Program-made: the position numbers and the translations under genes | In this document: piece after piece, positions 1-8,131 of the stretch | Numbering within the stretch: the stretch's first letter is position 1 | Layout: every line of letters begins with the position of its first letter | The notes under the pieces: model-generated | What the model was told of the DNA's origin: nothing | Seen by the model: the letters and a program-made list of their open reading frames with translations, nothing else | The model's database searches: none | Source: a virus | Taxonomy: Duplodnaviria; Caudoviricetes | IMG/VR virus record: IMGVR_UViG_3300032053_000093 | Span: 1 to 56,080 of that record | DNA length: 56,080 bases | Strand: one strand, 5' to 3'

Positions 1-69
1 GGGGGATATCAGCGCGATCGCACAGATGCGCATGGTGCAGAGGATAACCTTGTCGGTCCTGTTTAGCAT
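1..69 (-). CDS. 5' part of a hypothetical protein running off the left edge
   Basis: ATG at 69 preceded by AAGGAAGGA; reads MLNRTDKVILCTMRICAIALISP with no stop before base 1. Confidence 0.4.
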   Translation of the reverse strand, partial: MLNRTDKVILCTMRICAIALISP

Positions 70-122
70 CGGGGGTTCCTTCCTTTTTGACATATAATGT
101 ACCCACCCTCAAGGGCGGGGGT

Positions 123-371
123 TCAATATGAGTTCGGCGGGGCGTCCTCCCGGACACAGAGGCGTTGCACCTCCGCGGTCACTCCATCCATGAGCAAGCG
201 GGCGACGGGGTTGCCCACGATTGCCACGCCCCACAGTTTGCATCCCTCCGTTCGGTTCTCCGCCAAACCAATTGCAAACCTCCCGCGGCACAACCCCGTT
301 GGGCCGGCGTGCCGATGGTACGCAACGACGAACTCGTTTGCCTGGGTCGTGGACATCGGGAAAATGACCAT
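123..371 (-). pseudogene. XF1762-family phage protein, apparently 3'-truncated
   Basis: ANEFVVAYHRH...FAIG...GVAIVGNPVARLL.DG.TAEVQRLC resembles the XF1762 family. The ORF stops at 82 aa, where homologues continue into the NACSxLY half. Confidence 0.65.
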
Positions 372-386
372 GCGAGTCGAGCCTCG

Positions 387-595
387 TGGGACCCGTTTTG
401 GGACCCCCAGGGGTCCCAGTTACTACTTGTTACTGCTGCTAATTGCCGCTATTATCAATCCTTGGCGGACGGGGACCGGCTGCGCAAGCCGCCCACCTGC
501 ATCCTGACCCTTGCCATGTCCCGCCTTGATTGTCCTACATTTATGCCGACGCTTTTACCTCCTGTTCTCCGCCTTGGGACCCCGTTTGGGACCCC
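387..595. other. Candidate attP region: integrase arm-type repeats flanking a possible core
   Basis: TGGGACCC at 387 and 399 (12-bp period), an inverted copy at 410-418, and TGGGACCC at 575 and 587 (12-bp period). The region sits at and just downstream of the integrase 3' end. Confidence 0.55.
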
Positions 596-1626
596 TCCGT
601 GCTCCGTTTCGTGAGGAATGCCAGGTCCACGACGATTGCCGGGGCCGCGACGTGGCAGTAATGCTCGCTCATGGCGATCCGGCTGTGACCCAGGAGTTCC
701 TTCACAAGGAAGGCGTTCCGCACGATCTGGGCGACCTTGCTGCCAAAGGTGTGCCGGAACGAATGGTGGGTCAATCGGTGCCCGAGCGCGTCCTGGCGGG
801 GAATGCCGGCACGCTTGAGACAGGCCTGGAACTCCCAGTCCGGATTCACGAGCGGGGGAAAAACGTAGGGACCCAGGGTTTCTGCGGCGACACGGCGCAG
901 AGCGTCCATTGTTTCACATGGAACATAAATCAGCCGGGATTCCTCCCGCGCGCCTGGCTTACGCTTGGCGTTGCGCAGTAAAACGGTGCCAGCGGTGTAG
1001 TCCACCTCGCTCTTGAGCAGCGGTTTGTGGCTGGAACGTCGGCTGGGAACGATCTCGGCCAACCGCGCGCCACTCGCAAGAAGCACCATGTAGAGATCTC
1101 GGTACAGCGGCCGCGCCGCTTTGAAGATGCCCTGGAGTTCGGGATCTGTGAACGCCCGGTTTGGGTGAAACGCTCCGTGGCCTATTGCAGGGGGTTTCTG
1201 GACGCTGTGGATCCGGCCGCGCAGAACCCGCAAGACCGTCAGGATTTCCTTCTGTACCGTGCCACGGGCGGCCTTCGCTATGCGGAAACGCTGAAATCGG
1301 GTCAGGATGTCCGCAGGAAGGCGGTCCACCGGCAGATCGCGCCCCACGAACCTCGCAAATGCCATGAGGAACTGGCGGGTGCGCGTGGCTTGACGCGAGC
1401 TAACGTCCATTTCAATCCTCTGTACCTCCTCCACGATCACCTCGTGGAGCGAGCATCTCGGCGAGCTCGTAGATAGTTGCCGCTGTAATTGGACCTGGTG
1501 TCTGAACGCCGGCACCATTTTCAGGGCCTCGCGCCGGTCGGTCTGGCCTGTGGATCGCTTGAATGTCCGGCCGTGAATCTTGGTCTGGAAGTACCAGACC
1601 CTCTTCCGTTTGATCAGGTTGTCCAT
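541..1626 (-). CDS. int: Tyrosine recombinase (phage integrase)
   Basis: Catalytic motifs SGARLAEI (R), HSFRHTF (HxxR), LLGHS...SEHY (H, Y); N-terminal arm-binding-like segment. Confidence 0.93.
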   Translation of the reverse strand: MDNLIKRKRVWYFQTKIHGRTFKRSTGQTDRREALKMVPAFRHQVQLQRQLSTSSPRCSLHEVIVEEVQRIEMDVSSRQATRTRQFLMAFARFVGRDLPVDRLPADILTRFQRFRIAKAARGTVQKEILTVLRVLRGRIHSVQKPPAIGHGAFHPNRAFTDPELQGIFKAARPLYRDLYMVLLASGARLAEIVPSRRSSHKPLLKSEVDYTAGTVLLRNAKRKPGAREESRLIYVPCETMDALRRVAAETLGPYVFPPLVNPDWEFQACLKRAGIPRQDALGHRLTHHSFRHTFGSKVAQIVRNAFLVKELLGHSRIAMSEHYCHVAAPAIVVDLAFLTKRSTEGSQTGSQGGEQEVKASA

Positions 1627-1828
1627 TAGGGGAGCCTCCTATTTCAAAGATCCGGCGCCGGGGGCAGACCTCGAGAGCGGCTTTCACCGCTTCCGGGTCG
1701 AAAAACCTTTTGCGGCCGCCAGGGGGGCGGTAGCTCGGTATCGCACCCCGACGCGCGAGGGAACGGAGGCTCGACTCGCTGAGAGGGATGATACCCGCAA
1801 GCTCTGACGTTGTCAAAAGCTCATTCAT
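1412..1828 (-). CDS. Excisionase-like helix-turn-helix protein (frame overlaps int 5' end)
   Basis: ATG 1828 after GGAG; MNELLTTSELAGIIPLSESSLRSLARRGAIPSYRPPGGRKRFFDPEAV is a typical Xis/HTH_17 pattern next to int. Confidence 0.7.
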   Translation of the reverse strand: MNELLTTSELAGIIPLSESSLRSLARRGAIPSYRPPGGRKRFFDPEAVKAALEVCPRRRIFEIGGSPNGQPDQTEEGLVLPDQDSRPDIQAIHRPDRPARGPENGAGVQTPGPITAATIYELAEMLAPRGDRGGGTED

Positions 1829-1857
1829 TTCGTCTCCGCCCTCGGCGATCAGAACCC

Positions 1858-2046
1858 TCATGGCGTGGTTTTCTGTTCTGTCGTCTGAAACCCGGAGCAT
1901 CTTCCCACGCCCGTGTCGTCCGAATCCAGATGGCGTCCGCGCCGCGCGCAAAATACTTGGGTGACAACATAGGGCGCGGTTCCTACCGCATCCAGCCGCC
2001 CGTGCTGGCATTCCCAACAACGAAAGACGGCGAATGTTCGCTTCAT
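1858..2046 (-). CDS. Small Cys-rich hypothetical protein
   Basis: 62 aa, CxxC plus two further Cys, abuts the upstream gene. Confidence 0.5.
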   Translation of the reverse strand: MKRTFAVFRCWECQHGRLDAVGTAPYVVTQVFCARRGRHLDSDDTGVGRCSGFQTTEQKTTP

Positions 2047-2376
2047 TCAGTCCTCTTGACCGTCTGGGTATTGAATCGGAATGCGCTCCTTGGCCACTTT
2101 CGGCGGTTCCAGATATCGAACCGCCTTGCCCTGTTTGCGGGCATATTCGATCTCGTTGCGGCTGCTCTCGCCAATGTGGCCGCCAACATTGAGGACCAGA
2201 ATCTCATTGGCCAGGTCAATCATCGTTTTCTGGTCGGGGGTGTTTGTGGCGTGGGGATAAAATCCAACACTCAGTTCGACGATGCGTCCGGCTATCGTCA
2301 CGAAATTCGTCTCTAGAAATTCCTTCTGGAAACAGGTGGAACCGCATAGATAAACGATGTGGAATGATCGGATCAT
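2047..2376 (-). CDS. Nucleoside 2-deoxyribosyltransferase-fold protein
   Basis: YLCGSTCF...IDLANEILVLNVGGHIGESSRNEIEYA pattern; ATGA coupling with the upstream gene. Confidence 0.65.
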   Translation of the reverse strand: MIRSFHIVYLCGSTCFQKEFLETNFVTIAGRIVELSVGFYPHATNTPDQKTMIDLANEILVLNVGGHIGESSRNEIEYARKQGKAVRYLEPPKVAKERIPIQYPDGQED

Positions 2377-2804
2377 TTCGTGTCCTTTCTACTATACACC
2401 GCCGCCATGAGATAGAACAAGCTTGAAACGTCGTTCCGCTTCCACAACCTATGATAGTCGTCCGCGACCGGGTCGCGCATGTCCATAACGAGAATCCCAT
2501 GCATCCGGGCGAACTCCGTCTCATCATCCGCGCCGCCGGACTCGCCCTCAAGCCGGATCAGAACATCGCACTTCACAATCCACCGCCGGTCGTATGCCAT
2601 CCACGCCGCGTACTCCTTTGGAGAAACCATGTGCCACAAATGCGTGAGATGCGGCACGTATGGAACGATGTTCAAATCTTCCTGCTTCATCAAAAAGTCC
2701 GCGGCGTGTATCGCCGTTCTCACATTCCCACCAACGTCCCCTTTGGAATACGGCCCAGCAATGTAAACATAAAGCGGACGTTTTGGTTTTTGTTTCCTAC
2801 GCAT
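2373..2804 (-). CDS. DUF4406/DUF1937-like nucleoside deoxyribosyltransferase-fold protein
   Basis: VYIAGPYS...PYVPHL...CDVLIRLEGESGGADDE motifs. Confidence 0.72.
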   Translation of the reverse strand: MRRKQKPKRPLYVYIAGPYSKGDVGGNVRTAIHAADFLMKQEDLNIVPYVPHLTHLWHMVSPKEYAAWMAYDRRWIVKCDVLIRLEGESGGADDETEFARMHGILVMDMRDPVADDYHRLWKRNDVSSLFYLMAAVYSRKDTK

Positions 2805-2819
2805 GTCTCGCGCCCCCTT

Positions 2820-4067
2820 TCAATTTTCATCCACACACCGCGCCCGGAAGATGCTCAGTTGCGCCGTGCGCTCGCGGATCAGTGGCTCATAGTCCCGATT
2901 GAGTTCGCACCCGATCCAGTTCCGGCCAAGCGACTGCGCGACCTGGGCCGTGGTGCCGCTGCCGAGGAACGGATCGAAAACCACGCAGGGGACGGGGGGC
3001 GCGGGCGGGCAGGAGCATGTGGAGCGCCAGCCGATTGTCTTGCTTTCACCTTCTTCCTCTTTGCCATAAGTGGAAATCTCTGCTTCCGTAGCAGTCTCGT
3101 CATAACCGCTCTTCTTGTCGAGGATACCTTTCTTCGCATCACGAACTCGGATATTCATTGTGGAGGGTTTCTTCTCAATCACCCTCTCCCACGGCGCGCC
3201 GCACGTCGGGCAGGCCCCCCGCTCGGAAGTCCCGGCCAGCACACAAGGCTCGACGAGCGCGGGTGGGTAGGTGGCGAAGTGCGCGCCTCGGTACGGGGCC
3301 GACGGGATGGTCCACACTGAGCGGCGGTTGCGGCCAAAGGGATTCGGATCATAGATATGGGCTTCTCCATTGCATGGTGGTCGTCCTGGTTGATGTTTTT
3401 GTGTTCGGTCTCCAGTATCGTGGTCAGCGTATTTTCGGCGCTCAAGGCTTGAGGGTAGGTACGGCTCTCTCACCGCCTCCGCGTCGTAGTAATATTTCGC
3501 GTTCTTGGCGAATAGGAAAACCTGCTCGTGGCTCTTCGTGGGCCGGTCCGTCACGCTCTCCGGCATCGGGTTCAACTTGTGCCAGATGATCTCACTGCGC
3601 AGATACCACCCGTCGGCGCGGAGGGCGAAGGCCAGCATCCAGGGGATTCCCACCAGGTCCTTCGGCTTGATGATTGAGTGCCTACCATCTTGTGGTCTCT
3701 TACTCATTTGTACGGTTCCGGGGCTTTGCGCGTAGCCGCGTTCTTCTGCTGTTCTACGAGCTTTACTACTCCCATTTTCGCCTTTCCCGCCCCAGTAAGA
3801 ATCCCCTAGATTCACGAACATTACGCCGTCATCCCTCAGCAGTTCCCGCACGAGGCGGAACACCTCCACCATGTTCGCAATGTACTCTTCGGGGGTTTTC
3901 TCAAGGCCCATCTCATTTGGTTTGTCGGGATTGTCCTTGTCCAGATAGGATCGAAGCCCCCAGTAAGGCGGTGAGCAAACACACATCTGCACCTTCACCC
4001 CCTCGGCGATCAGGCGCCTCATGCTCTCCCGGCAGTCTCCGAAGAGGGTTTGGTTGAGGGCGGTCAT
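2820..4067 (-). CDS. Orphan DNA methyltransferase, N4-C/N6-A class beta
   Basis: SPPY catalytic motif N-terminal, DPFLGSGTT SAM motif C-terminal, HFATYP. Confidence 0.93.
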   Translation of the reverse strand: MTALNQTLFGDCRESMRRLIAEGVKVQMCVCSPPYWGLRSYLDKDNPDKPNEMGLEKTPEEYIANMVEVFRLVRELLRDDGVMFVNLGDSYWGGKGENGSSKARRTAEERGYAQSPGTVQMSKRPQDGRHSIIKPKDLVGIPWMLAFALRADGWYLRSEIIWHKLNPMPESVTDRPTKSHEQVFLFAKNAKYYYDAEAVREPYLPSSLERRKYADHDTGDRTQKHQPGRPPCNGEAHIYDPNPFGRNRRSVWTIPSAPYRGAHFATYPPALVEPCVLAGTSERGACPTCGAPWERVIEKKPSTMNIRVRDAKKGILDKKSGYDETATEAEISTYGKEEEGESKTIGWRSTCSCPPAPPVPCVVFDPFLGSGTTAQVAQSLGRNWIGCELNRDYEPLIRERTAQLSIFRARCVDEN

Positions 4068-4180
4068 AGCGCCGCCTCCGCCGCGTCTAATTCTAGTTTC
4101 TCATCCCCTCGCGATATCAGCACCACTTCCTTGTGGAAACGGGTGGAACCGCATAGACAGACGAGTCGTGGTTTTGTCAT
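4064..4180 (-). pseudogene. 38-aa remnant paralogous to the N-terminus of 2047..2376
   Basis: MTKPRLVCLCGSTRFHKEVV vs IVYLCGSTCFQKEF; DNA similarity between ~4129-4158 and ~2321-2350; ATGA overlaps on both sides. Confidence 0.6.
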
Positions 4181-5049
4181 GGTTTACTCTTTTCGATAAT
4201 CTGGAGTTCCACGCAGAGTGCGCGGAGGATGGCGCGGGCGGTGTCTATCTGGACAGCCTGGGCGACCTGTTTGCTGACTCGTCCGGGGCAACCGATGAAA
4301 ACATAGTCCTCGGGGAACCCCTGGAGGCGGGCGAGTTCCTGCCATTCGAGTTGCCGCCAGCGGCCGTCGGGCATTTGGGCGGCGGCATAATTGTCGTGGC
4401 GGGATTCGAGGTTGATGACGGTGGGCGATTTTTCGTCCGGGAGCCAGGGATAGAATTGCGTGGAGTTGTACACGCTGGCTCGTCCAGGGGTTCTACCGGC
4501 GAGGCGTTGGGATTGTCGGTAGGGACCTGGACGGATGCAGTTGCAAAAGGTTCGGGTGTCGTGCCGAGCGGGCTGGGGGCAGGGAACGTTGCCAGCGTAG
4601 AAGCGGATGCGACGTTGGGGGGAAAAGAGCGCGGAGTCGAGTAGGAAACCCGGCGTCATGATTGGCAGATAAAACTGGACCTCACGCACGTCCTCGAAGC
4701 AATACCAGGGCGCTTCGAGGATGTGCGGGATCTCCACGCAGCGTTCCACCAGCTCAGCAAACCCGTTTTTGGCGGGATCGGTAGGGGTGCCGCGTCGGGC
4801 TGCCGAGATCTGTTCGCAGGGAATGCCGCCGAGAACGAGATCCACCTGGCCCTTGTAGGGTTTGAAATCGTGCGTGAGCACATCGCATTGAACGCAGTCC
4901 ACGTCGGGATGGTTTTCGCGGTAGGTGGCCAGGCAGTCGGCTTCGAGGTCGAATGCGGCGATGATCTGGATAGGGAGTCCGCGAGCGGCGACGGCCCAGC
5001 CGCCAGCCCCGGCGCAGACATCAATGGCGATGAGGGGTTTTGGGGTCAT
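4177..5049 (-). CDS. Orphan DNA (cytosine-5) methyltransferase
   Basis: DVCAGAGG (motif I), GGIPCEQIS (catalytic PC), FEDV (motif VI variant), PQRRIR, ARLQGFP...QVAQAV. Confidence 0.9.
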   Translation of the reverse strand: MTPKPLIAIDVCAGAGGWAVAARGLPIQIIAAFDLEADCLATYRENHPDVDCVQCDVLTHDFKPYKGQVDLVLGGIPCEQISAARRGTPTDPAKNGFAELVERCVEIPHILEAPWYCFEDVREVQFYLPIMTPGFLLDSALFSPQRRIRFYAGNVPCPQPARHDTRTFCNCIRPGPYRQSQRLAGRTPGRASVYNSTQFYPWLPDEKSPTVINLESRHDNYAAAQMPDGRWRQLEWQELARLQGFPEDYVFIGCPGRVSKQVAQAVQIDTARAILRALCVELQIIEKSKP

Positions 5050-5438
5050 TCCGCGGCCTCGTCTCGGTCAACCCTCTCTGGCGGATCGAGCCGCCCCGGT
5101 TTGCGCCGGTCTTCCGTGCGCGGCACGGGCTCCGTCTCCGTCTCCGTCTCTGTCTCTGTCGTCAGGATATCCCGCACCTCCAGCCACATGCCCTCTGCGG
5201 GTTCGCGGCGCTGGGCCCGCCCCGCCTTGGGTCCAAGGGGCGCGGACGGCGGCGCGGGGGCGCGTATCGCAAGAATTAGGAGAACGAGAACAATCACGAC
5301 GGCCACCGCAAACATGAGAGTCCAGAGCCATGCCTGGACAACATCGCCCCGCCATTCGAGATGATCGCGCTCTAGCGCCCGCGCAAGATTCGCACTGGCC
5401 GGGGTTATTGGTTCACTGCCTGTTTTGAGGGTTTTCAT
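5046..5438 (-). CDS. Hypothetical single-pass membrane protein
   Basis: ATG 5438 after GAGGAGG; hydrophobic run LMFAVAVVIVLVLLILAI; ETETET repeat. Confidence 0.55.
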   Translation of the reverse strand: MKTLKTGSEPITPASANLARALERDHLEWRGDVVQAWLWTLMFAVAVVIVLVLLILAIRAPAPPSAPLGPKAGRAQRREPAEGMWLEVRDILTTETETETETEPVPRTEDRRKPGRLDPPERVDRDEAAE

Positions 5439-5608
5439 TTGGGGATTCCTCCTCTGTGGGTTTTCTGGCTTTGCCAACAGAGACATTCCAGATACGCGGC
5501 CTTTGCTTCAGGAGTATTTTCTACCTTGCCTTTCAATGTGTATGGCAGCCTGCACTCCTCCTGTCGCCAATGTTTACAAGTGGGACAAGGAGCCTTAAAG
5601 GGACTCAT
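5435..5608 (-). CDS. Small Cys-rich hypothetical protein (not in ORF track)
   Basis: 57 aa MSPFKAPCPTCKHW...ECLCW; ATGA overlaps with both neighbours. Confidence 0.55.
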   Translation of the reverse strand: MSPFKAPCPTCKHWRQEECRLPYTLKGKVENTPEAKAAYLECLCWQSQKTHRGGIPK

Positions 5609-6513
5609 GGTGTTTCACCCCTTTCGGGAAGATCGAAAAACGGCGGCAGCTCACGCGGGCAAACATAGAATACACGCGCGATCTCGGCGCTGTCTGTCAC
5701 GACTTTGCCGGTGCCGTCCGGGTGCTCGGGAGCTTGTTTGAGGTACACCGGGATTGCATATCTCTGAGCCTGAGCGATAACGTCTCGCGCCCAATCATGG
5801 CGCATCGGGCGGCGGCGCGGGCCTGACTCACAACCTATGATGATCCCGTCTATCCCGCGCCAGTTTTTGCCATGTTGACGCAATCTCGGATGCACATCCT
5901 GCATCGGATTAGCCCAGCCCGGTCCATAGCCAGGAACCAGCGGAATAGAGGTCGGCCATACCGGCCCCAGGAGCGGCTCCAGGCTCAGCATCCGACACGC
6001 GGCGGGCGTGGCGAGCAGGTCCGGCACGAGCCGCCTCATGTCATCCTGGGTCGAGCAGGACACGCCCAGGGCGAGGTTTGGCACGAGAGATGACTTTCCA
6101 AGCCAGCGATAGCGCCAGAAATCGAACATCCTCTTTGAGCGTTTGGATAGGACCAAGAACCGATGTTGGGGACATTCCCTGACAATCCGTATCATGGCTT
6201 CAAGAAACTTGTCGGGCACCGTCTCGTGGAACGTATCGGCCATGAAGTTCACGCCAATGACGCGGGGGCGCTTCCAATGCCGCGGGATGTCGAGGCGATG
6301 CGGCAGGCAGCGGACTTTGCCGCTCCAACGGTGGCCTATGCACGCACCATCTTGCCATACAGTGTCATGCAGGCCCTTGTAGTCATCTTGTCCCATTCGG
6401 GCGAGCCGATAGGACCACTGTTCCGCGTAGCAGTTCTGACACCCCGCTCCGGCGTGTTCGCAACCCGCAATGCAGTTCCACGTCTCGTCGAGGTAAGAAA
6501 TTTTGGTTGGCAT
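5605..6513 (-). CDS. DUF5131 (phage Gp37/Gp68) family protein
   Basis: TWNCIAGC...GCQNCYAE, MADTFH, LSLEPLLG, IIGCESG...W motifs. Confidence 0.88.
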   Translation of the reverse strand: MPTKISYLDETWNCIAGCEHAGAGCQNCYAEQWSYRLARMGQDDYKGLHDTVWQDGACIGHRWSGKVRCLPHRLDIPRHWKRPRVIGVNFMADTFHETVPDKFLEAMIRIVRECPQHRFLVLSKRSKRMFDFWRYRWLGKSSLVPNLALGVSCSTQDDMRRLVPDLLATPAACRMLSLEPLLGPVWPTSIPLVPGYGPGWANPMQDVHPRLRQHGKNWRGIDGIIIGCESGPRRRPMRHDWARDVIAQAQRYAIPVYLKQAPEHPDGTGKVVTDSAEIARVFYVCPRELPPFFDLPERGETP

Positions 6514-6517
6514 CGCA

Positions 6518-6706
6518 TTACTCCTTCGCCGCGAGCGCGGCCTTCTTGATCGCGCTCCAGAACGGCGCTAATATACTCAATTCAAACGTCCCGCCTACCC
6601 TAGAAAGAATCGCGTCCATGTGTTGATATGTCGAATACACATCCAGCGCTTCGGACAGTCCGTCGCGGAGGCGTTTGTTCTCTGTTTCCAACTCGTGAGA
6701 ATTCAT
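6518..6706 (-). CDS. Hypothetical protein
   Basis: 62 aa, tightly packed in the early operon, GGAGG RBS. Confidence 0.55.
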   Translation of the reverse strand: MNSHELETENKRLRDGLSEALDVYSTYQHMDAILSRVGGTFELSILAPFWSAIKKAALAAKE

Positions 6707-6708
6707 AG

Positions 6709-6984
6709 CTATCCCTCCTGACGCTCTCTCTCTTTCTGTAACGCCTCGGCGCTAATGCCGCTGCGGTAGCAGAGTCTATACAGTGCTCTCACCCTGTCAT
6801 CCCGCTCTACCCAATTCACATCCTGCTGTCCCAGCCGCGCGTTCAGATCCGCGAACGCGGCGATGATTGCGGCTTCTGGTGTGGGGCGTCCCTTGGGATG
6901 ATCTTGCCATTCCTCTGTGACGTGAAAACTTGCTTTGTAGCCATAATCCATTACGAGGAACTTAACCGAGAAGCGCTGTTTCAT
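6709..6984 (-). CDS. Hypothetical protein
   Basis: 91 aa, GAGG RBS, operon packing. Confidence 0.55.
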   Translation of the reverse strand: MKQRFSVKFLVMDYGYKASFHVTEEWQDHPKGRPTPEAAIIAAFADLNARLGQQDVNWVERDDRVRALYRLCYRSGISAEALQKERERQEG

Positions 6985-7003
6985 GGTTATCCTCTCTTCC
7001 TGC

Positions 7004-7321
7004 TCAATCCGGCACCCCGGCCGCTTTCAGGATCGTGTGCGCCCGGTTGCCCAAGGTGAAGAGTTGATCGTTCAGATCGCGTGACGAATGTGTCAGTGGC
7101 GTCCCCTCCTCGAATAGCCGTATAGCAACACAGGCCACTTGCAACCATTCCGTGTTTCCGATACGAAGAGCTTCGGGATAGGGTGGGTAGTCTTCGTTAA
7201 CCGCCTCCCCGATCTCTTCGAGCAGCGCCTCGACAAGCATCCGGTTCTTCGGGTGTTTGGCGCGCGCGCGGAGGATTTCGGCTTTGAGGTCCGCGAGGGT
7301 TTTGTCCAGTTCGGTTTCCAT
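7004..7321 (-). CDS. MazG-like nucleotide pyrophosphohydrolase-fold protein
   Basis: ALLEEIGEAV...EWLQVACVAIRL all-alpha NTP-PPase pattern. Confidence 0.6.
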   Translation of the reverse strand: METELDKTLADLKAEILRARAKHPKNRMLVEALLEEIGEAVNEDYPPYPEALRIGNTEWLQVACVAIRLFEEGTPLTHSSRDLNDQLFTLGNRAHTILKAAGVPD

Positions 7322-7334
7322 TTTCAGTTCCTTT

Positions 7335-7377
7335 CTTAATGCCGGTCTTAATGCCGGTCTTAATGTCTCTTAATGCC
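7335..7377. repeat. Tandem TCTTAATG(CCGG) repeat, 4 units
   Basis: tcttaatgccgg-tcttaatgccgg-tcttaatgtc-tcttaatgcc directly upstream of the RBS of 7004..7321. Confidence 0.85.
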
Positions 7378-7405
7378 AGCCCCGCCGCCGCAAACTCACT
7401 GACTC

Positions 7406-7711
7406 TCACCTCCTGACGGGGATTCTGACATCGGGGCCGCCCGTCTTCTTCGGCTTCTCAGGGGCAATCGTGGCGTCCACGGGAGGCTCGATGATGTCCA
7501 GATCGGCATCATCGAAAACCTTGCCGTCCACCCACTTGCCGTCTTTGTCCACGGGGGGCAGGACCTCGATTCTGACACAACCGTTGGGGTAGATATATCG
7601 CGCGCCGGCCTTTCCTTCAAAACCCGTCACACGGTCTCTAACCCTAGAGAGCTGTTTGATGCGAAATAGAGATTCGATTTCCTGATATGAGGCATTTTGT
7701 TGTCTATCCAT
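7406..7711 (-). CDS. Conserved-looking phage hypothetical protein
   Basis: VRDRVTGFEG...Y.NGCVRIEVLP..DKDGK pattern common in phage early regions. Confidence 0.6.
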   Translation of the reverse strand: MDRQQNASYQEIESLFRIKQLSRVRDRVTGFEGKAGARYIYPNGCVRIEVLPPVDKDGKWVDGKVFDDADLDIIEPPVDATIAPEKPKKTGGPDVRIPVRR

Positions 7712-7723
7712 AACACGTCTCCT

Positions 7724-7954
7724 TTATATTGTCGTTTTTGCGTGTTCTATCCATTTCATGGCGAGACATTGAAAACACTCAAACGTGTCGCCAAGTCCCT
7801 CGCTGACTCCTGTGATATTGTGCGTCGCTGGATCATAATACGCAGTTCGTTTTCCAGTGCCGGATTCATTAAACTCAACGGCGCCGATCACCGACACCTC
7901 GGAATTGCATAGGCGACACTTTAGAGTAACCCCCTCTGTTATGGTAATGCTCAT
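7724..7954 (-). CDS. Zn-ribbon hypothetical protein
   Basis: ATG 7954 after AAAGGG; CxxC...CxxC. Confidence 0.55.
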   Translation of the reverse strand: MSITITEGVTLKCRLCNSEVSVIGAVEFNESGTGKRTAYYDPATHNITGVSEGLGDTFECFQCLAMKWIEHAKTTI

Positions 7955-7974
7955 GGCTTTTCCCTTTCTTGGTT

Positions 7975-8131
7975 GCCCGCCGGGGCTATCCCTGAGGACT
8001 GCGCCCCGGCGGGCTTCCTGGACGGGTGGCCGGGTCGGACGCCCTGCACCCATCCATTTTTGCGGCAGTGACGAATTCCTGCGGCCCCATCGAGAAAAAG
8101 CTGCGGGTGGACGCCGCCGCCGCAAACTCAC
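7975..8131 (-). ncRNA. Candidate structured intergenic RNA (three tandem hairpins)
   Basis: Stems TTTGCGGC/GCCGCAAA, TGGATGGGT/ACCCGTCCA, GCCCGCCGGGGC/GCCCCGGCGGGC in series. Confidence 0.5.

Noticed and set aside
86-98. TTGACA-TATAAT promoter on the plus strand
   Set aside because: The two hexamers are adjacent with no spacer, so they cannot form a sigma70 promoter
463-511. tRNA gene
   Set aside because: CCA-like end on the minus strand but no T-loop or cloverleaf could be built
2990-3240. Cys-flanked insertion in the N4/N6 methyltransferase as an intein or novelty
   Set aside because: No intein termini; this CxxC...CxC insert is common in phage MTases of this type
2820-5049. Restriction-modification system
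   Set aside because: No cognate restriction endonuclease adjacent; orphan MTases are usual in phages
5128-5162. TCCGTC hexamer repeat as a contingency locus
   Set aside because: In-frame 6-bp unit encoding ET repeats; slippage would not switch expression
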